A DNA stretch of 63,997 nucleotides, counting the filler, from Aduncisulcus paluster (lineage: Eukaryota): assembly GCA_024181965.1 (NCBI GenBank). It is 6 parts of 6 records of this genome, joined end to end, with 100 filler letters (N's around TTAATTAATTAA, not from the genome) between each part and the next. Parts side by side here need not be neighbours in the genome. Positions count along the whole stretch, not along the records: positions 39,834 to 59,700 come from BQXS01010969.1; positions 59,801 to 63,997 come from BQXS01011066.1; 4 more parts are not named here. One strand, given 5' to 3'. This document shows positions 57,201-63,997 of this stretch, one piece after another. The translations under genes were made by a program, and so were the position numbers. Below the pieces are notes generated by a model that was not told the DNA's origin, ran no database searches, and was given only the letters and a program-made list of their open reading frames with translations. The first letter of the stretch is position 1. Every line of letters starts with the position of its first letter.

Positions 57201-59700
57201 AATCTCTTTCTTGCAGTTCATGTGGAATAAGCAGAATAGAAGATATTCTAGATTTGACCCCGATTCATTCAGAAGACCATATTACAAAAAAATTTAAGAT
57301 TACTTCTCTCAATTTGTCGAACAATAATATCTCTGATGTTTCAATGCTCATTACAAGCGATTTGTTTCCACATGAAGTTGATTCCATCCTTTATGATCTT
57401 GATTTGAGTGGTAATTTTATCTGCGATCCCGATGGGATTTCGACAAGTTTGTTAGATTATTCAAGCTTTGGGAATACCTTGTTTAACAGCAATCTCAATA
57501 TTTATGATCAAACTTGTAAATGTACAGCTCCTGTGTCTTCTGGAGCTTTCCAAGTATGCCGTGAAATATATCCTGAACGGTGGGATGTCGAATGTTGGAA
57601 TGGATATTATTATCATACCAATACTAATTTGTGTGAACCTGCTTCTGATGACACAGAGCTGATTAAAACAAGAGTCTGCGAAAGAAATCCACATAAAAAG
57701 GCTGTTTACACTGATGGAACCCTTTTTTGTGCATGTCGTTCCGCCTGGTATGGAGATAACTGTGAATATTTGTATCAAGTCTTTATTCCTGATCAAACTC
57801 TGAGGGAGAGTGTATGTCTTGCTGCAGGATATGGATCTACTCTTTGTGATGTATCCGAATTCGAAATGGCTGGACTTACAGGGTTGTTCTCTGCAACAGA
57901 ATCGGCAATAGTATCGGTTGAAGGAATTCAAAAATTGATACAAATTGATGTCTTGGACCTTAATAGCAATGATATTAGTTATATTTCCCCAGTTTCTTCT
58001 CTTTCACAGCTCTTAAGTCTCAATATTTCTGGTGAAAATGGAGGAAACATGACGATTGGCGATTTGAGTTCGTTACGATCACTATTCAGACTTAAAAAGC
58101 TCATTCTCCAAGGTAATATCTATGTTACTGATTTGTCTATGTTTTATCATAACATTGGTATTGAGTGGATGGATATTGCCGATGCTGATGAGAATTTGTA
58201 TATTTCAACATGTAGAGCAGAAGATGATGGTGAATATTGGGATTATACAACTTCTGTATTCCCCGTTCATCTCAATGAAGGCTCTACTACGGCCACGACC
58301 ACAGCACGATATTACATTGATAATCAGTGTTCTTTGGGATCTAACAGCTGTTCGGGGGTTACTTCATGTCCAATCATTAAGAGGAATGAAGTGTATCAAT
58401 ATTCAACAAACATGTGTTCCGTGATTGCTGAATCTGATTCTGGCAATTGTTATACAATTCATGATCCCAATATTAGAATATATTTAAAAGATGAATGCCT
58501 CGAGTGGGATGATCCTGAGAGTAATGGTGTTATTAGTGTTGCTACTATGAGGAGCTCATTGAAGAGTGATTGTTCATCTTTGAGTCTCTCTGATGTTACT
58601 TCTCATTCTTCCGTTTCCATTGATGTTATTACATCGTTGAGGGGATTGGAATTTGCTCAGGGTGTCGATGGTTCTGACAATAACATTGGTTTGACAAGCC
58701 TTGATGTTAGTGGGTATAATCTTGATGGGGATGGTTCAAGCTATGACGACCGATTAACCGTCCAAGTTCTTACTTCACACGTCAAATACGCACCATTCGA
58801 AAGTGGTTTGGTCAGCCTTGTTGCAAGTGGTTGTGAGATTAAGAAAATTGAAAATATCATTAATGTGACTCCTATCCATAGTGGCGAATCAGGGTATGTT
58901 GGTTATCACGAATCCTTGAGACTTCAGACCTTGGACCTTTCAAACAATGATATCTCCGATGTTTCTGTATTGCTAACTCAACAAGTATTTGATCCAACTC
59001 TATTGACTTCATTGGATTTGAGTAACAATCCTTTGTGTGATGTGGCTAATATTATTTATGAATTGGGTCAGTATTTCACCAATATTACCTTTGATTCAAC
59101 CAATATCTCGTCATCTGGTTGTCCTTGCTCAGATCCAATTGATTTCTCAGCTCATACGACATGTAAATTGAATGACGATGGAGTTAGTTATGGAATTGGA
59201 TGCTGGAATGGATATTATTATGACAAGGGTTCTAAACAATGTATTAAAGCCTGTCCTGTTGGTTTCTCCTTGAGTTCCGATGGAATAACATGTGAAACTG
59301 ATGAATTGGTGCTCGAAGACAATGCATTGAGATGTAGAGTTTGTGAAAACAGTGAGAGATTCGTCCCTGTTATTGAAAAATATGAACAATACGTTTCATG
59401 TGGATATTATGGAGGAATTACCGGAGATTTGATCCAATATATTGATGTTCCTGATTTTAGACTTCATAAAGCCATTTGTTTAGCATCTGATTCACAGCAT
59501 GACAATGATTGAGATGTAGAGTTTGTGAAAACAGTGAGAGATTCGTCCCTGTTATTGAAAAATATGAACAATACGTTTCATGTGGATATTATGGAGGAAT
59601 TACCGGAGATTTGATCCAATATATTGATGTTCCTGATTTTAGACTTCATAAAGCCATTTGTTTAGCATCTGATTCACAGCATGACAATGATTGTGATATT
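54007..59700 (+). CDS. Secreted/surface modular LRR + Cys-rich (EGF-like) protein, 3'-partial, start codon uncertain
   Basis: Signal-like segment FILVFFILIHSSSA. Repeated modules start IP..D..LR...C, with LRRs LxxLDLSxNxISDVS and Cys-rich CWxGYYY units. Removing two duplications (251+20 and 182 nt) leaves 1,747 uninterrupted codons. Confidence 0.8.
54940..55461. repeat. Gap-flanking duplication (54940-55190 = 55211-55461)
   Basis: 251-nt copies with one visible mismatch (cttggcgc vs ctttgcgc, Gly/Cys). Confidence 0.9.
59326..59693. repeat. 182-nt ungapped tandem duplication that creates a premature stop
   Basis: 59326-59507 repeats at 59508-59689 with ATTG microhomology at the junction, producing a TGA at 59510-59512. 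Confidence 0.88.
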
Positions 59701-59800
59701 NNNNNNNNNNNNNNNNNNNNNNNNNNNNNNNNNNNNNNNNNNNNTTAATTAATTAANNNNNNNNNNNNNNNNNNNNNNNNNNNNNNNNNNNNNNNNNNNN
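59701..59800. other. Artificial contig-joining spacer
   Basis: N-TTAATTAATTAA-N linker. Confidence 0.97.
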
Positions 59801-60359
59801 GACCTCTCGTTGCCACCAAGAAGTGGGGACTCCTCCTTATTTCACCATCTAAATCTTCATTTGATATTGTTGAAGAAATAGCCGATCCGATAGATATTCC
59901 AGCCATTGCAGAATCTTCAGGAGGCAATTCTCCATTTCTTCCATGAGAATAATGCTCTATTTTCAATGGATTTCTAGGATTTGTACATCTTGTTACTATG
60001 TATCTGAATCGAGTTCTATTCACTTCTGTATTCAATAAACTAATACAATCGTTGACTGTACGAATCACATATACAGAAGATAGTTTAATGTTGGAAGCTG
60101 CTGTTGACAAAATTCTCTCTTTTTTTCCTTCTTGAGTTAGACTGTCCCAATCCTCCCCTTTTTCAATAAGACTGTTTCCATGTAATAATGGCCGAATTTT
60201 CTCTAAGATTGCGGTCTGCAATTCGTACCAGCTTCTGACTTGTGGATAAATTTCTCCCAATGAAGAAGATGCATGAGAAGATCTCTTTTCTTTTGAGATT
60301 ATTGTACAATAAATTGTTACTGGTTCTTGTAATAAGAGTGGTCTTTCACTTGTTGACAT
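59801..60359 (-). CDS. Hypothetical protein, 3'-partial
   Basis: Open frame from ATG 60359 (MSTSERPLLLQ) to the contig edge, downstream of a very AT-rich region. No recognisable motif. Confidence 0.5.
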
Positions 60360-60933
60360 TGTATTGACCCATAAACAACATTTTTTTTTGTATTCAAAAG
60401 AACAAGTTATTTTCACATATTTGTTATTCCAATATTAATATTTATTGTTTTTATTAATCCCAGTAAATTTTCAAATATAAAATTAATTTATTTTGGGAAT
60501 ATTTTAAAATGGAATATTTAAAAGAAAATTGCTCTATTATTGAATATTTAATATATATTTTATAATACGATTTTAATCAATATATTTATTTCGATATTAG
60601 AATGTTTATTACCATCCTATTACCGAAGATCATATTTGAAAGTTTTTGTGTTTCTTTACAGACTATATTTTACCTTTCTTCGCGCATTCTTTTATTCTCA
60701 AACTAGTAAATTTGCTCCACCATCATTATAAAGGTTATTAAACCAACAATATAAGAAAAGCTTTCACAGGCTCCAGTGATTTTGCACATTTAAACGGTCT
60801 CTCTAAACAGACACATCCTTTAATTAATTTCGGTGCTATTGATGAGAAATATGGTTGAGATATCTCGGAATATCTTCGAGTAATCATTCTTATGTCAAGA
60901 AACAAGTAAACAACTTATAGTATAAGATTTTAT

Positions 60934-62226
60934 TATTGACCACAATAGTGGTGGCTAGCAAATTTATTCAAATAAAATATAACCGGTAGGTGACGGTAAT
61001 GCCGGTAGCATCACAACAATCCCCCTTCCGTGGATTTGTCATAGTATAGCCTTAGATTAGAAAATAGGAAGCAATCACAAGAGAGAAGATAATAGTAGGG
61101 CAGAAATAGCCACATCAAACAAAGGAAGTATATCAAAAGAATGTTAACGAGTAGAGTAATAGGTGATTGCAAGTCTTGGGTGCTACCTCTCGTTTTATGA
61201 GAGTCAACACATTCTCAGTGGATCCCGGATAATAAGATATGATCAAACGGGCAATACGGTCAGATATGCAGGCATATATCGGTCGTCGACCACCACGACT
61301 CTCGTACGCTTTAAATTTGGACATGAACGATTCGTACGCCTTAGAACTAAGAGTTTCGAGTATTGGAGGTTTAATTGGGTCGGATGGAGTCGGGATTAAT
61401 CTTACATTCTGTTTTCGAGGATCATACATTCCTGGAGTCGTGTCTTTTCTCTCGATATCAAGCCCTAGATGTGGGGTTTCAAATGCCTCTGTCAAGAAGG
61501 GGTCGGACAACAAATGACGATTTCTATCTGTTCCAACAGGATATTTGGGTAAAGTGGCGGTCTCAATAATTGGACTTGTGCCTTCTAAAGGGTCGTTCAG
61601 AAATTTTTTTGACACAGGACTGCTGCAGTACAGGTTGTGAGTTCGAGTCACACCATCCGTATTTTTTAAAATTTTCTCAGCTGAAATCGGATTTGTATGA
61701 GTTTTGGGTGGTGCCGAAAGTTTCTCAAAAATTTCTAATTTGGGATTTCTTACAAATTTTCCGACAGATTCAGTCGCAGTGGACGTCTCCACTTGAAAAG
61801 TTGAACTGTGGGCTTCTTTGGCTTCCATTCTCTCAATTTTGTTTGTAAGGTGATAAATTCGAGAAGACATGATTTGTAAGGCTTTTTGTTGCTCTTGAAT
61901 GAGTCTTTTGAGATCATCAATCTCTTTTTCAGACTTATCGCATTTCGAGGGAATTGATGTTGTGAGTTCTTCTTCTTCGGATCCTTTTTTGCACACCTGG
62001 TGCTTTTCAGGTGCTATTTTTTCCCCCTCGTCAATATACTGGTATTGATTTTCCATTTCTGGTTTAGCTTTGAATATTTTATAAATTCAAACAATAAATG
62101 AAATCAGAAAAGTATAACGACAAAAACAATAATAATATTATTATTGACCACAATAGTGGTGGCTAGCAAATTTATTCAAATAAAATATAACCGGTAGGTG
62201 ACGGTAATGCCGGTAGCATCACAACA
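60934..62226 (-). mobile_element. Non-autonomous gag-only LTR retroelement (TRIM/TR-GAG-like), 1.3 kb
   Basis: Identical direct repeats 60930-61018 and 62138-62226 (minus strand TGTTG...CAATA). A polypurine tract GGAAGGGGGA (61020-61029) lies 1 nt before the 3' LTR. TTAT flanks both ends (60930-60933 and 62227-62230). There is one internal ORF and no pol. Confidence 0.82.
61133..62056 (-). CDS. Gag-like protein, probably C-terminally truncated
   Basis: Sole ORF between the LTRs, in the sense implied by the polypurine tract. An N-terminal coiled coil and P/T-rich linker precede PPILETLSSKAYESFMSKFKAYE, which resembles the start of a retrotransposon capsid domain. No zinc knuckle. Confidence 0.55.
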   Translation of the reverse strand: MENQYQYIDEGEKIAPEKHQVCKKGSEEEELTTSIPSKCDKSEKEIDDLKRLIQEQQKALQIMSSRIYHLTNKIERMEAKEAHSSTFQVETSTATESVGKFVRNPKLEIFEKLSAPPKTHTNPISAEKILKNTDGVTRTHNLYCSSPVSKKFLNDPLEGTSPIIETATLPKYPVGTDRNRHLLSDPFLTEAFETPHLGLDIERKDTTPGMYDPRKQNVRLIPTPSDPIKPPILETLSSKAYESFMSKFKAYESRGGRRPIYACISDRIARLIISYYPGSTENVLTLIKREVAPKTCNHLLLYSLTFF

Positions 62227-62303
62227 TTATTTTTTGGTTTCGATTTCTGGAAATTTTGTCTTTCCATATAATATGAATATGACAATAATTATGGAAAATA
62301 AAT

Positions 62304-62651
62304 TTACAAATAATATGCTAAATCAATTTCATCATCATCTCTTAAGCGACTGGAAACGTTCTCGGGAGTGTAATCACTTTCAGCAATACAATTGTTAATT
62401 GTGTACATAAGAAATGTTATCATTTCTTTGATCGTATCTTCGATTATGACTATACCTTCTCGAAGGCATTTTTCCTTCAGAATCTCGTTTAATTTTTGTT
62501 TCACATCCTTGGCTTTGATAGAGGGAGCATGTTCAGAAGCCAATTTAGCGATAGCTTCTTTACATAATATCTTTCCCTCATGCTTTCTCCACATTACAGC
62601 GTGATGAACACAACTCGAATAAAATTTGAACGATTTTTGAGTCACAAACAT
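62304..62651 (-). CDS. Small hypothetical ORF or gene fragment
   Basis: 115-aa ATG-started ORF in a repeat-rich contig, with no recognisable motif. Confidence 0.3.
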   Translation of the reverse strand: MFVTQKSFKFYSSCVHHAVMWRKHEGKILCKEAIAKLASEHAPSIKAKDVKQKLNEILKEKCLREGIVIIEDTIKEMITFLMYTINNCIAESDYTPENVSSRLRDDDEIDLAYYL

Positions 62652-63068
62652 ATTTGTTTGTGAGCAACATAATACAAATAAATCTGCGTACGTATCTCCG
62701 CCAAATCCATATCAACCTTGACAATATCTTATGACAAGACGCCAATAAATTATTAACTATTTATTATACCTTTAATCTTAATTTACATTCTAATATTTCC
62801 CACATTAACCTTTCGGTGTGAATCTCACAATTGCGGGCTTTGGTTTTGGGCACACAATATTATATAAAAGCAGTTCCCTTGGGTCTGATCAGCCCGGGGA
62901 GCGTAAGCCTTGATTTATTTGTTTAAAATCCGGTGTTGTTGCCCTTGACTGTTTTTTTTGTTTAGCCTCTGGCGACTCTGTGAGGCATCTTGTTTTTATT
63001 TTATATTATTTTGATTATTATAATTTAAGTGAAATGTAATTCAAGGGAGAAGACCTGGCTATCTGATA

Positions 63069-63257
63069 TGGATCATTTTTGGATCAAATACGATCCTATA
63101 TATTGTATCAAATTTCTGCTTCAAGATATGAAGAGTAAGTTTTGCTCCATTTATAGATCAAATGTTTACTCCATAACTGAGTACCAAAGTATGATCGAGA
63201 AATAGGGAGTAAAAAAACTGGGTTTTGCTCCATTTGGATCACTTTTGGATCAAAGTG
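63069..63257. repeat. Cluster of short subterminal-type repeats ending in a CACT-type terminus
   Basis: TGGATCA[T/C]TTTTGGATCAAA occurs at about 63069 and 63236, and GTTTTGCTCCATTT at about 63139 and 63222. The minus strand from 63257 reads CACTTTGATCCAAAA. Confidence 0.5.
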
Positions 63258-63290
63258 CGCGGCTATGTACTTCCAGAAATATCAAGAGCT

Positions 63291-63997
63291 TTAAGTTGGT
63301 TGGATTCGCTCTAGCTGGAAAATTGCGATGGGAAAATAGTGTCGAAACATCTTAGAGTCATTTCCATCTCGTAACTTGCTTTTTATAGTAGTTATACATC
63401 CACATCGCTCCATTCGCTTTTTAAATAGCATGATTTGTGGATCGTTGAGACATTTTGCAAGCAGATTTAACATCTCGGTACAAACTCCAAGGTAAATATC
63501 ATGAAGGATATCTCCAACGACGATGTCATATGGTTGTATTAACGCTCGGTGAGGAGAATAGTCCGAATGGAAAAAAAGAGGAAGGGATGGAGTTGATGGT
63601 CTCAAAATGATATTCGATGACAATACCATTGTATCAGCATGTCTTCGAATTTCTCCAATAGTATTGGGCAATAATAGGTCACATCCTGTCGTTGTACCAT
63701 GTGCAGGGGTTATAACGGGAGTGGATTCCCAAATCTAGCGCTTTTTGTTTCCCATCTGGGGCAATAATACTCATCAAATATCCAGAAACAAAAACAGTTA
63801 CTCCATCGATAGATAATTTGTAACCTTCTTGCAAGAATTTTATCTCTTTCATGATTTGATTTAATGCAGCAATTGTTGCACAGTGTGCATTACTTTCATC
63901 GAGTAGTGAAATCTCAACCCAACTTGTATTTCTGAATCGAATGTCAATTGGGAGATTCCCTAAAGTCATTTTTATCGATAAAACAGTATGTCCGAGT
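63291..63997 (-). pseudogene. Disrupted CACTA/EnSpm (Plavaka-like) transposase fragment, running off the window
   Basis: MTLGNLP..R, GYLMSIIAPD..ALDLG..YNPC and DILHDIYLGV resemble conserved EnSpm/Plavaka transposase blocks. There is a stop and frame change at about 63671-63681. Confidence 0.65.

Noticed and set aside
7823-59800. Recurring TTAATTAATTAA palindrome within N runs, and any gene clustering across it
   Set aside because: It is an artificial six-frame-stop contig linker, so neighbourhood across the spacers has no biological meaning.

Overview
This is eukaryotic, gene-dense, intron-poor DNA in the standard genetic code (TAA, TAG and TGA all end genes). It is not one locus: five 100-nt N..TTAATTAATTAA..N spacers join six contigs, and five 20-N gaps are each flanked by duplicated sequence. 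The gene content points to an anaerobic flagellated protist: [FeFe]-hydrogenase maturase HydF, the ciliary genes DNAAF1 and RP2-like, UAP56/SUB2, Rpn5, and GTATGT..AG introns. A free-living fornicate/metamonad such as Aduncisulcus is my best guess from recall, not from a search. Other genes are a Myb-domain ORF missed by the ORF track, a degenerate macrodomain protein, an RNI-like LRR/coiled-coil protein, a >3,300-aa orphan, a frameshifted kinase-like/helical-repeat gene ending in a CaaX box, a >4,100-aa Cys-repeat single-pass receptor-like protein, a kinase with large inserts, a TmcB-like multi-pass membrane protein and a modular LRR/Cys-rich surface protein. The last contig is rich in mobile elements: a 1.3-kb gag-only LTR element with identical ~85-bp LTRs, a polypurine tract and a target-site duplication; CACTA-like subterminal repeats; and a broken EnSpm/Plavaka-like transposase. 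The most notable observations are the gag-only mini-retroelement, three consecutive +1 frameshifts that would give the RP2-like protein a very long acidic tail, and a presequence-less HydF with an altered G4 motif.
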